Shown here in pieces: positions 1 through 8,578 of a stretch of 64,000 nt of DNA. Both the position numbers and the translations under genes were made by a program. The notes under the pieces were generated by a model, which saw only the letters and a program-made list of their open reading frames with translations, had not been told where the DNA came from and searched no databases. The DNA is taken from the NCBI RefSeq assembly GCF_000255295.1, contig NC_017030.1, forward strand, positions 6,230,328 to 6,294,327, written 5' to 3'. The stretch's first letter is position 1; each line of letters begins with the position of its first letter. Origin of the DNA: Corallococcus coralloides DSM 2259. Lineage in GTDB: Bacteria; Myxococcota; Myxococcia; Myxococcales; Myxococcaceae.

Positions 1-1510
1 CACGGCGCTGGCGATCTGCTCGCGGATGGCCTTCACCGGCAGCTCCATGCCGGACATGAGCACCATCGTCTCCAGCCGGGCAATCGCGTCGCGCGGCGTG
101 TTCGCGTGCAGCGTGGTGAGCGAACCGTCGTGGCCGGTGTTCATGGCCTGGAGCATGTCCAGCGTCTCACCGGAGCGGCACTCGCCCACGACGATGCGGT
201 CCGGCCGCATGCGCAGGCAGTTCTTCACCAGCTCGCGGATGGTGATGGCGCCCTTGCCTTCCAGGTTGGGCGGGCGGCTCTCCAGCTGCACCCAGTGGTC
301 CTGCGGCAGCTGAAGCTCCGCCGCGTCCTCCACCGTGATGATGCGCTCACCCTCCGGGATGAACGAGCTGATGATGTTCAGCGTCGTCGTCTTCCCGGAG
401 CCCGTGCCGCCGGAGATGACGATGTTGCGCCGGGCCGTCACGCACATCTCCAGGAACTCGGCCATCTGCGCGGTGACGGTCTTGTACTTGATGAGGTCCT
501 GGATCTTCAGCGCGTCCTTCTTGAACTTGCGGATGGTGATGCAGGGGCCCTTGAGCGCCAGCGGCGGGATGATGGCGTTCACGCGGCTGCCGTCCTTGAG
601 GCGCGCGTCCACCAGCGGGCTGGATTCGTCGATGCGGCGGCCAATGGGCGCCACGATGCGCTCGATGACGCCGAGCACCGCCTGGTTGGAGGAGAACGTC
701 TTCTCCGACAGGGTCAGCTTGCCCTTGCGCTCGATGTAGATCTGGTTGGCGTGGTTCACCATGATCTCGCTGATCTCTTCCGACGCGAGGAACGCTTCCA
801 GGGGCCCCAGGCCCAGCGCCTCGTTGATGACGTCGGTGAGCAGCTCCTCCCGGTCCACGTCCCCGGGAAGCTCCTGGTCCGCCTCCATCTGGTCGATGAT
901 GTCCCGGATGGCCTTCTCGGTGCGGCGCCAGAGCTCCTCGTCCCCGAGCCGGTCCATGTCCATGCGGCGCAGGTCCAGGTACTCGATGAGCCGGTCGTGG
1001 ATCTCCTTCTGGAGGCGCGAGTAGCGCTCCAACCGGGGGTCCACCTTGCGCTTGTTGCGGGCCATGGCCGCGGCCATGGACGCGGGCATGCGGCTGGGAG
1101 CGGCCTGGGCGGGGGCGGGAGCCTCCTCCTCCTCGTAGGCCTCCTCCTCTTCGTAGGCCTCTTCCTCGTAGGCCTCCTCGCCCTGCTCCTCGTCGTAGCC
1201 TTCGTCGACGGGCTCTTCCTCCAGCGGCTCCACGTTGAGGATGTAGTCGCCGATGGAGACCTGGTCGGTGGGCTTGAGCACCATGGGACCGGCGATCTTC
1301 TTGCCGTTCACGAAGGTGCCGTTCGTGGACTTCATGTCCACGATGATGAAGCGACCGTCCTTCTCGACGATGCGGGAGTGGGTCTTGGAGACGTTCCCCT
1401 TGGCGAGCACGATGTCGTTGCCAGCAATCCGGCCGATCGTGATCTCGTTCTTGGGGTACTCCCGCTGCTCCGAACCGCCGCCCTTCTCCGTCAGCGTGAT
1501 GAGAAACATG
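1..1510 (-). CDS. cpaF: Tad/Flp-type secretion ATPase (CpaF/TadA family) with an N-terminal FHA domain. Partial: the C-terminus runs off the window start.
   Basis: Minus-strand translation from the ATG at 1510 gives MFLITLTEKGGGSEQREYPKNEITIGRIAGNDIVLAKGNVSKTHSRIVEKDGRFIIVDMKSTNGTFVNGKK, an FHA fold. This is followed by an acidic (EAYEE)n linker and then a CpaF core with Walker A VISGGTGSGKTTTLN and the TIREL...GECRSGE...HDGSLTTLHANTP motifs. This frame is not in the ORF track because it has no in-window stop. Confidence 0.85.
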
Positions 1511-1658
1511 GGGCGGGATGCTACCAAGCCCTCCTACGACCTCAAAGACTCCTGCGACGCTCGCCCGCCTGCTGCCCGGAAACGGACGGGCCGGCACCCT
1601 CCCCCTCTGGAGCAGGGATGGGGCCGGCCCGGATCCGACGTGACGGCGAGGAAGGCCG

Positions 1659-3107
1659 TCAGTCGAAGATGTTGAAGTTCACCTCGGAGCGGGCCTGCTT
1701 GTAGCGGGTCTTCACGTCCTCGATGATGCTGCGGACCTTGTCCGAGTCCGGGTTCACGATGCGCGGGGTGACGAAGATCACCAGCTCGCGCTTGGTGGAG
1801 TCGAACGCGCGGTTCTTGAACAGCTCGCCCACGATGGGGATGTGACCCAGGCCGGGCAGCTTCGCGACGGCCTTCTGCTCGTCGTGGCTGAACACGCCGG
1901 ACAGCACGATGGTCTCACCGTGGCGCACGGTGACGTTCGTCTTGACCTTGCGGGTGCGGAAGCCGGGGATGGCGGACGAACCACCGAAGGACACGGACAC
2001 GGAGGTGTCGATTTCAGAGGCCTCGGCCTCCACTTCCGTCTGGATGTTGCCGTTGCGGTCCGCGGTGGGGCGGATGTTCAGGATGACGCCGTAGGGCTTG
2101 TACTCCACCGTGAACTGCGTGTTGGTGATGAGGGGGATGGGCACCTCGCCGCCGGCGAGGAACTCCGCCTTCTCACCGCTGGCGCACACCAGCTTGGGCT
2201 GCGCCAGCAGGCGGCCGTAACCGTCGTTGGCCTGGAAGCCGATGCTCAGGTCGGAGCCGCCCGTCGCGCCCATCACCAGGTTGGAGATGGCGTCGCCGGA
2301 GGGGATGAGCGCCTTGTTCAGCGTCGCGGTGGCGGTCAGCGTGCCGGTGATGTCCGTGGGGTACTTGATGCCGTAGCGGTCGCGGCTGTTGCGGCGGATT
2401 TCGACGAACTGGACCTCGGAGAGGATCATCCGCTTGATGCCGACGACGAGCAGGTTCTCCACCTTCTCACCGATGGCCTTGGTGATGAGCTCCGCCTTCT
2501 GGAGGTCCTGCTGGCTCTCCACGGAGCCCTCCAGGAAGATGGTCGCGCCCACCACGTTGGCCTGCACGTTCTTCAGGCCCGCCTTCTGGAAGGCCGCGTT
2601 CAGGTTCTGGGCGACCAGCTTCTTGGCGTTGGGGGCGATCTTCACGAACGACTTCACGTTCGGGTAGAGGCTCACCACCTGCTCGATGCGGTCCGCGTCC
2701 TGCGTGGTGTAGGCCTGACCGTCCAGGTAGATGCGGTCGCCCACCATGCGCACGGACACGCCTTCGATTTCACCCAGGAGGCGCTTGATCTCCGAGATGA
2801 CCTCGTTGGGGTCCTGCTTGCGGACCGTCACCAGGTAGCTGATGCGCTGACCGGAGGACTTCCAGACGAGCAGTGTCGTCTTGCCTTCGGCGTTACCGGT
2901 GACGAGCAGCTGGCCGGTGCCGAGCGTCTTCACCTCGGCGATGGACGGATCACCCAGCGCGACGCGGCTGAGGCCGGGAATGGTGAGCACCTTCTGGGTA
3001 CCCACACCCAGGCTGACGGAGCTGCCCTCCTGGGCCTGGGCAGGGGCGCTGGCCACCACCGTGACGACGGCGCCGAGCGCCAGGGCTTGCGTGAAGCGAG
3101 TGAACAT
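1659..3107 (-). CDS. cpaC: Outer-membrane secretin, CpaC/RcpA (type II/III secretin) family.
   Basis: 482 aa with signal peptide MFTRFTQALALGAVVTVVASAPAQA. N-terminal BON-like region, then a C-terminal secretin domain (LLAQPKLVCASGEKAEFLAGGEVP...VTPRIV). It lies directly upstream of the ATPase. Confidence 0.85.
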   Translation of the reverse strand: MFTRFTQALALGAVVTVVASAPAQAQEGSSVSLGVGTQKVLTIPGLSRVALGDPSIAEVKTLGTGQLLVTGNAEGKTTLLVWKSSGQRISYLVTVRKQDPNEVISEIKRLLGEIEGVSVRMVGDRIYLDGQAYTTQDADRIEQVVSLYPNVKSFVKIAPNAKKLVAQNLNAAFQKAGLKNVQANVVGATIFLEGSVESQQDLQKAELITKAIGEKVENLLVVGIKRMILSEVQFVEIRRNSRDRYGIKYPTDITGTLTATATLNKALIPSGDAISNLVMGATGGSDLSIGFQANDGYGRLLAQPKLVCASGEKAEFLAGGEVPIPLITNTQFTVEYKPYGVILNIRPTADRNGNIQTEVEAEASEIDTSVSVSFGGSSAIPGFRTRKVKTNVTVRHGETIVLSGVFSHDEQKAVAKLPGLGHIPIVGELFKNRAFDSTKRELVIFVTPRIVNPDSDKVRSIIEDVKTRYKQARSEVNFNIFD

Positions 3108-3153
3108 CGTGTGAATCCCCTTCTTGCGTGCGCGCGCCCGGCCTGACGGCGCG

Positions 3154-3690
3154 CTATCCCAGATGTTGTTGCTGCCACCACATGGCCCAGAAAGTCCCGA
3201 GCGCGATGGAGACGCCGTAGGGGATGTGTCGTACGGGAGCGGGCGAGGTTTCCTCGCGCATCCATTTCATCCGCACCGCCCAGCGACGGGCCACCGCCGC
3301 CAGCGTGTCCCAGACGGCCCCCTGCCACAGCAGCGTGACGATGGCTTGCAGCGCGCCCGTGAGCGAGATGAAGGCCGCCGCGGCGAGCACCGTGGGAAAG
3401 CCCAGCACGCAGCCCACGCCCGCCATCAGCTTGACGTCACCCCACCCCATGCGCCCGCGCAGCGCACCCGGCACCAGCAGCAGCGCGAGTCCCGCGCCCG
3501 CCAGAAGCCCGCTCACCACCCCCGACTCCAGCCCGCCCACCCCTTCGGACACACCGCGCAGCCCGAGCCCCAGCACGATGAGCGGATAGGTCACGGCGTT
3601 CGGGATGAGCCGGCGCAGTACGTCGGTCACCACCGCAATCACCAGGGCCACTCCCAGAATCGTCCACAGCGCGAGCTGAACAGGTGTCAT
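3154..3690 (-). CDS. cpaA: Prepilin peptidase, A24 family (CpaA/TadV-like).
   Basis: 178 aa polytopic membrane protein carrying the GWGDVKLMAGVG active-site motif typical of A24 peptidases. Confidence 0.8.
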   Translation of the reverse strand: MTPVQLALWTILGVALVIAVVTDVLRRLIPNAVTYPLIVLGLGLRGVSEGVGGLESGVVSGLLAGAGLALLLVPGALRGRMGWGDVKLMAGVGCVLGFPTVLAAAAFISLTGALQAIVTLLWQGAVWDTLAAVARRWAVRMKWMREETSPAPVRHIPYGVSIALGTFWAMWWQQQHLG

Positions 3691-3802
3691 TCGGCACCTG
3701 CTCCCATGGGGAGCAGGCGACCCCCATCAAACAATGGAGGCCCTGAGGCCGTCAATTCCTGAACAAGGCCATCGCACCGTGGGGCCCCGCGTCATGCCGG
3801 CT

Positions 3803-4660
3803 TCAGTGGATGACGAGGCGGATCTTCTCGCTGCAGATGAAGTACTCGTCCCCGTCTTCGACCTTGCGGCGCTTGATGCGCTGCTTGTTGAACCAGGTCC
3901 CGTTCGAGGAGCCGAGGTCCTCGATGTAGAAGTCGCCGCCGTCGCGGGCGATGACGGCGTGCTCACGCGACACCTTGCCGGAGTTGATGACGAAGTCGCA
4001 GTGCTTGCCGCGGCCGATGACGTAGCGGTCCTTGACGATCTTCTCCTGCTCGCCGTTCTCCGTGACGAGGTAGAGCGAGGCGCCCTCCTCCTCGTCCGGC
4101 TCCTCCATCGGCTCTTCTTCCTCGGCCTCCTCGGGAGGCTCGTCCTGCATGTCGTCGAGCGGCGGCTCCTCCTGCTCCGGCAGGGGCTCCTCCTCGTCCT
4201 CGATCATGTCGTCCGCGGAGGGCGGGGGCGGCTCGTTCTTGCCCTTGATGAGCCGCTCCAGCTCCGCGGCCGTCTCCAGGACGCGCTCGGCGACCTCACG
4301 GCGCACCGGATCATTGTCCAGCCCATTGGAGGACGGGCGCTCCTCCGCGTTGCGCGCGGCGGGACGCGCGGCTGGCGCGGGGGCGAGGACGGGTGGACTG
4401 CCCTTGGCGGCGGCGGCCGGGGGTGGCGCGGCGGCGGGACGCGCCGCCGGGGAGGGCGCGGGTGACGGCACCGCCGCCACGGCGGGCTCGCCCTTCGTCT
4501 TCACGTCGATGAAGCCGTTGAGACGCGCGAACATGAACAGCGCCTGGTTGATGAGCGCGTCGCGATCCGACCCCATCTGCAGGGCCATCTCTTCGTACGT
4601 CTCCCACAGGTGCTCGGCGATGCCGACCTTGCGTGCGGGACGGGAGTTCTGATCGATCAT
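3803..4660 (-). CDS. RHH (CopG/Arc-like) plus FHA domain protein; putative phosphothreonine-responsive regulator.
   Basis: 285 aa. The N-terminus RKVGIAEHLWETYEEMALQMGSDRDALINQALFMFARL has a beta-alpha-alpha RHH pattern. It is followed by a Pro/Ala-rich and then acidic linker, and a C-terminal FHA domain (KDRYVIGRGKHCDFVINSGKVSREHAVIARDGGDFYIEDLGSSNGTWFN). Confidence 0.7.
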   Translation of the reverse strand: MIDQNSRPARKVGIAEHLWETYEEMALQMGSDRDALINQALFMFARLNGFIDVKTKGEPAVAAVPSPAPSPAARPAAAPPPAAAAKGSPPVLAPAPAARPAARNAEERPSSNGLDNDPVRREVAERVLETAAELERLIKGKNEPPPPSADDMIEDEEEPLPEQEEPPLDDMQDEPPEEAEEEEPMEEPDEEEGASLYLVTENGEQEKIVKDRYVIGRGKHCDFVINSGKVSREHAVIARDGGDFYIEDLGSSNGTWFNKQRIKRRKVEDGDEYFICSEKIRLVIH

Positions 4661-4723
4661 CGGTCTTGGCTCGGGAAATGCTGGACGTGGGGAACGATAG
4701 CAGAGCCGGCTGGGCGCGCCCAG

Positions 4724-6895
4724 TTACTGGAACGCCCGGAGATACGTGAGGTTGTCCACGTTGTCGGTGATGGACTCCAGGGCCACCTGAAGCACGCCGT
4801 CCGCGGAAGGATAGGCGACGTAGGCCAGGCTGGCGCCGTCCACGTCCGTGGCCACCACGGAAGCAGGCAGGGTGTAGACCGCCAGGTTGCTCGACTGACT
4901 GGTGTCCACGCCGAAGACGTAGCGGCGGAAGCGCGGCAGCAGCGTCACCACATAGCGGTCACCCGCCGCCAGCCGGCTCCCCGCGCCAATGGTGGGCGTC
5001 AGCGTGAGCGTCAACGGCGCGGGCACGTAGGTGGTGGGCGACTTGGGCGGCTCCAGGCCCAGGTCGAAGCCGTTCGGGTGGTAGTAGTAGTCCAGGAAGC
5101 TGGAGACCGTGTACGCCTCGTCGACGTTGAGCCGCTGCAGGTACGTGTCGCGGGTCTCCGCGCCCGAATAGAGCACGAAGGGCTTCACGTTCGGGCCGGC
5201 GCGCACGGAGAACAACGGGTACGACGCGCAGGGCTCCGCCGCGGCGGCGACCGCCGGGTCGGACAGGTCCGGGAAGAGCCGCGTGAGGCCATTGCCCTGG
5301 TCCTCCAGGCGCAGGATGGGGATGACCGCCGCGCAGGCGCCCGCGTTGTTCGCCAGGATGATGGAGTCGCCGGGAATCACGCCGCGGGACGCCACCAGGG
5401 GCGTCTCGATGAGGAGCGCAGGGTCCTCCTGGGTCAGGTCGCGAGAGAGTCCGACCAGTCCGGGCAGCACGCCCTGGAAGACGAAGCGGTACGTCCCGTT
5501 GGGCACCGTGCCATTGCAGAGGAACGCCGTGGCGTTGGTCGCATCCGTCACCTGGGGGCAGCCGGGCTGGGTCACGGTGATGCCCGGGAACTGATCCGCG
5601 CGCGCCACCTCGTTGTTGTCCCGCAGCTCCGCGACCACCGACGAGTTCAGCGGATTGCCTTCGGCGTCGCGGTCCAGGTTGAACGGGCGCCGCTCGTCCG
5701 CGCGGAACAGGGTGATCCGCCCGTCGGACGACGGCATGAGGCCCAGGAGCGGAATGGGGGTGAGGTAGGCCACGGCGTCCGCCCGGAGCTCGCGGACCTC
5801 CAGGCCCGTGCGCAGCGTGAGGCCCGTGGGCAGACCCGCGGACGGCCGCAGGGTCAGCATGGCCGCGCCGGTGACGTCGCGGGCGAGCACCGGCGTCGCG
5901 GACGGCGCCAGCGGATCCGGCCCGTTGTCGAGCGCGATGACGCCCTCACAGTCAGACGAGTTGCACGTCAGCTCATCCAGCACCACGAACACATAGCGGC
6001 CCGCGGGCTCGGTCACCGTGTCCGACACCTTGTAGCTGGCGTGCGTGGCCACGAGCCGCGCCGGGATGTCCACCAGGTCCGCGTAGTCGGGCACCGCGTA
6101 GGGCGCCGGCCGCGGCCTCTTGTAGGGGATCTCCACGGAGGCCCCGTCCGCGACGACGCGCACGAGCCGGCTGGTGCCGGACACGTTGCGGATGGCGACC
6201 ACCAGCGAGTCCACCACGTTGGCCCGCGCGGGCAGCGTGATCATGGACATCACCGTGTCCGCCGGCTTGAGGCAGAAGACCGGCAGCGCGGGAGGCAGCG
6301 CGGCCGCGTCGAAGCCCTCCGGGCCAGGCAGGTCCTGGCGCATCACCACCCCGCCGCCGAAGGGGCCGCAGAGCTGCTCGGCGGCCTCCGGGCGCGTCTG
6401 GAGCGCGTAGTACAGGACGCTCGGCGCGCCCTCCGCCACCGGGGCGTGCGCGGCGAAGGCGGTGATGAGCTGGCCGGTCGCCAGGCGCGTCACCTCGTTG
6501 AGGCGCGCGCGGTCCGCGGCCACCACGGAGATGCCGCGGCCGCCGGAGCTGCGCGCGTAGATGTACGGGCCGGACACGTCCTCGCCCTTGTCGTTGTAGC
6601 CCACGTCGCGGGTGAGCGAGTCGGGCCGCGCGATGACGGGGATGGCCAGGGGCTCCAGCGGGTTCGGCGCGGGGATGAACTCACGCGGCGTGCGCGTCAG
6701 GTCCAGCACGCGCAGCTCATCCCGGTCCTGAGAGGTGACGAAGACGAGCTGGTTGGAGAGCACCACGTCGTACGTGCCGGACAGACCGGCGGCGCCCGCG
6801 GTGGAGGTGGTGTCGGAGCAGGCGAGCGCGAGGCTCGCGCCGCTCAGCAACAGGGCAGCAAGAAAGCCGCGCTTCAAGGTCAGTTCTCCTGGCAC
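4724..6895 (-). CDS. Large lipoprotein of unknown function (beta-rich, propeller-like).
   Basis: 723 aa with lipobox LALAC after the signal peptide MPGELTLKRGFLAALLLSGASLALAC. Overlaps the upstream lipoprotein gene by 16 nt. Same strand and operon context as the Tad-like genes. Confidence 0.65.
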   Translation of the reverse strand: MPGELTLKRGFLAALLLSGASLALACSDTTSTAGAAGLSGTYDVVLSNQLVFVTSQDRDELRVLDLTRTPREFIPAPNPLEPLAIPVIARPDSLTRDVGYNDKGEDVSGPYIYARSSGGRGISVVAADRARLNEVTRLATGQLITAFAAHAPVAEGAPSVLYYALQTRPEAAEQLCGPFGGGVVMRQDLPGPEGFDAAALPPALPVFCLKPADTVMSMITLPARANVVDSLVVAIRNVSGTSRLVRVVADGASVEIPYKRPRPAPYAVPDYADLVDIPARLVATHASYKVSDTVTEPAGRYVFVVLDELTCNSSDCEGVIALDNGPDPLAPSATPVLARDVTGAAMLTLRPSAGLPTGLTLRTGLEVRELRADAVAYLTPIPLLGLMPSSDGRITLFRADERRPFNLDRDAEGNPLNSSVVAELRDNNEVARADQFPGITVTQPGCPQVTDATNATAFLCNGTVPNGTYRFVFQGVLPGLVGLSRDLTQEDPALLIETPLVASRGVIPGDSIILANNAGACAAVIPILRLEDQGNGLTRLFPDLSDPAVAAAAEPCASYPLFSVRAGPNVKPFVLYSGAETRDTYLQRLNVDEAYTVSSFLDYYYHPNGFDLGLEPPKSPTTYVPAPLTLTLTPTIGAGSRLAAGDRYVVTLLPRFRRYVFGVDTSQSSNLAVYTLPASVVATDVDGASLAYVAYPSADGVLQVALESITDNVDNLTYLRAFQ

Positions 6896-8409
6896 ACGCT
6901 GGTGCCCTGGTTCGGATCGCGCTGCTGCTGGATGCCCAGCTTCGCCACCAGCCGCGCGTCCTGGGGACGCGTCAGGTCGGGGATGTCCACGATGGCCACC
7001 TGGCTGTCACCGAAGTTGGTCACGAACAGCCGCGCCGCGTTCACCCCGGCGGGGTTGTCCACCGTCAGCCCGAAGGCCTGCGACGGGTTGCTGGTCTGGT
7101 TGAGGTCGTTGACGAGCGGCACCTGCGCCACGACCTGCCCGAGCGCCTCGTCGTAGAGGGACAACGCGCTGTCGCCGGTGCTCGTCACCGCGATGATGTG
7201 GGTGTCCGCGTTGGACGTGCCCGGCGTCCGCGAGATGATCTGCATGTCGCTCACGCCGTCGGGCATGGGCACCGCGGAGACCACGCGGAAGAAGGGCTGG
7301 GTGGCGGCGGTGCCCGGCACCGCGTCGTATTCGAAGTCGAGGGTGAGCAGCGTGTCCGGGCCGCGCGCCAGCATGTACAGCCGCTCGCGCACGAGGTTCG
7401 GACGCGCCGCCAGCTCCTCCGCCGTCACCGGCCGGGGCACCACGCGCGCCGCGCGAGCCTCGCGGATGCGGTACTCCGCCTGCAGCGAGGGCTCCAGGAT
7501 GGTGCCGGGGTCGTTCTTGTCCACCAGCCGCAGCACGAAGTTGCCGCCCACCGTGCCGTTGATGCCGGCCACGAAGTTGCGGCCCGTCACGTAGAGGTAG
7601 CCCGCGCCCACGGTCACCGAATCCGAGCCGCCGTAGAGGTAGCCCTCGGGAGACAGCGAGATGAAGCCCAGCGTGTCGCGCGTGGGGTTGTCCAGCTTCA
7701 CCGTGGCCAGGTAGTTCTCGAAGTTGCTGCTGGACCTGGCGGGCGAGTCCGCCGCCTCCGAGTGCGTCACGTACAGGTTGCCGCTCGCGTCATCCACCGT
7801 CACGCCGATGGGCGACGGAGCGCGGGGCAGGCCCGCGCGGCCCTCGTCACTGAGGGACGACGGGATGTCTTCGGTGAGCGACAGCGCGCCGTTGCGGCAG
7901 TCCATGCCGCCCTGCACGCAGGTGAGCACCGGAGCGCCGCTGGCCTCCAAGCTCACGTCCACCGCATTCAGGTTGTTGCCCTCCGCGCGCGAGGGCACGA
8001 ACAGGCGCGGCAGCCCCGTGGCGGGGTTCACCCACAGGGCCAGCTCACCCGCGAAGCTGCGGATCTGCACGAGCGATTCCTCCGCGGACGACAGGTCCTC
8101 GAAGGCGAGCGTGGAGACCGGGAGCACGCCGCCCAGGTAGGGCACCGTGACGGACTGCCCGTCCACCTGCGTGCTCAGCGTGTTCAGGTTCAGCGCGACC
8201 ACCGAACCGGAGTCGTAGCAGTTGTCGAAGTTGGCGTTCGCGACGAAGAGATAGCCGTTGCTCGCCGAGGGGCCACCCGCCGACGGAGGGCGCCAGAACG
8301 CCACCCCGCTGGGGTACACGAAGCGGGTGGACGGAGGCGGGTTCGGATCGGATTCAATCGAACACGCCCCGAGGAGCAGCAGCGCGGGGGTCAGGAAGTG
8401 GAGGCGCAT
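6880..8409 (-). CDS. YVTN/NHL-like beta-propeller repeat lipoprotein.
   Basis: Start chosen at MRLHFLTPALLLLGACSIE (lipobox LGAC) rather than the track's 8643 extension, which would overlap the glyS stop. Repeated motifs GYLFVANANFDN, GNLYVTH, GYLYVTGRN and RLFVTNFGDSQVAIVDI are typical propeller blades. Confidence 0.65.
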   Translation of the reverse strand: MRLHFLTPALLLLGACSIESDPNPPPSTRFVYPSGVAFWRPPSAGGPSASNGYLFVANANFDNCYDSGSVVALNLNTLSTQVDGQSVTVPYLGGVLPVSTLAFEDLSSAEESLVQIRSFAGELALWVNPATGLPRLFVPSRAEGNNLNAVDVSLEASGAPVLTCVQGGMDCRNGALSLTEDIPSSLSDEGRAGLPRAPSPIGVTVDDASGNLYVTHSEAADSPARSSSNFENYLATVKLDNPTRDTLGFISLSPEGYLYGGSDSVTVGAGYLYVTGRNFVAGINGTVGGNFVLRLVDKNDPGTILEPSLQAEYRIREARAARVVPRPVTAEELAARPNLVRERLYMLARGPDTLLTLDFEYDAVPGTAATQPFFRVVSAVPMPDGVSDMQIISRTPGTSNADTHIIAVTSTGDSALSLYDEALGQVVAQVPLVNDLNQTSNPSQAFGLTVDNPAGVNAARLFVTNFGDSQVAIVDIPDLTRPQDARLVAKLGIQQQRDPNQGTSVCQEN

Positions 8410-8578
8410 CAGAGGGGGGCGGAGTGTAGGAACGCGGCCCTGCGCCGGGCAACTGAATAGGGCTGCCACTATTCCCGGCAGCCCTCCCGCCGACATCCGC
8501 CCCCTTCCACAGGGCGTGCCCCGCTCCCCTGGAGGGGGAACGGGCATGCTCCGGCGGCGGTGAAGCGGCGACCGGGCC

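Noticed and set aside
106-1704. Long plus-strand ORF (532 aa) and its minus-strand alternative frame at 347..1597 (416 aa).
   Set aside because: Both translate to R/G/A/H/L/D-rich low-complexity sequence with no domain signal. The third minus-strand frame encodes a clean FHA+CpaF ATPase with Walker A and His-box motifs. These are typical GC-rich shadow ORFs.
3691-3802. Possible small Flp-pilin gene between the RHH-FHA gene and the prepilin peptidase gene.
   Set aside because: The 112-nt gap has no ATG/GTG-initiated ORF with a hydrophobic core. It contains only a short palindrome (CTGCTCCC-atg-GGGAGCAG, 3706-3724), probably an RNA hairpin. Pilin genes are presumably encoded elsewhere.
4610-7156. 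848-aa plus-strand ORF, and others such as 1842..3146, 7198..8460, 8783..10729, 10179..11771, 15031..16932, 22372..24369, 24784..26661, 27154..31167, 38303..40228, 49339..51624 and 58915..61986.
   Set aside because: Each is antisense to a strongly supported conserved gene (secretin, lipoproteins, glyS/glyQ, NTases, rpoC, rpoB, rimK/VWA, asd, gcvP). Their translations are Arg/Gly/His/Leu-rich with no motifs, which is the expected artefact of about 70% GC and a lack of stop codons.
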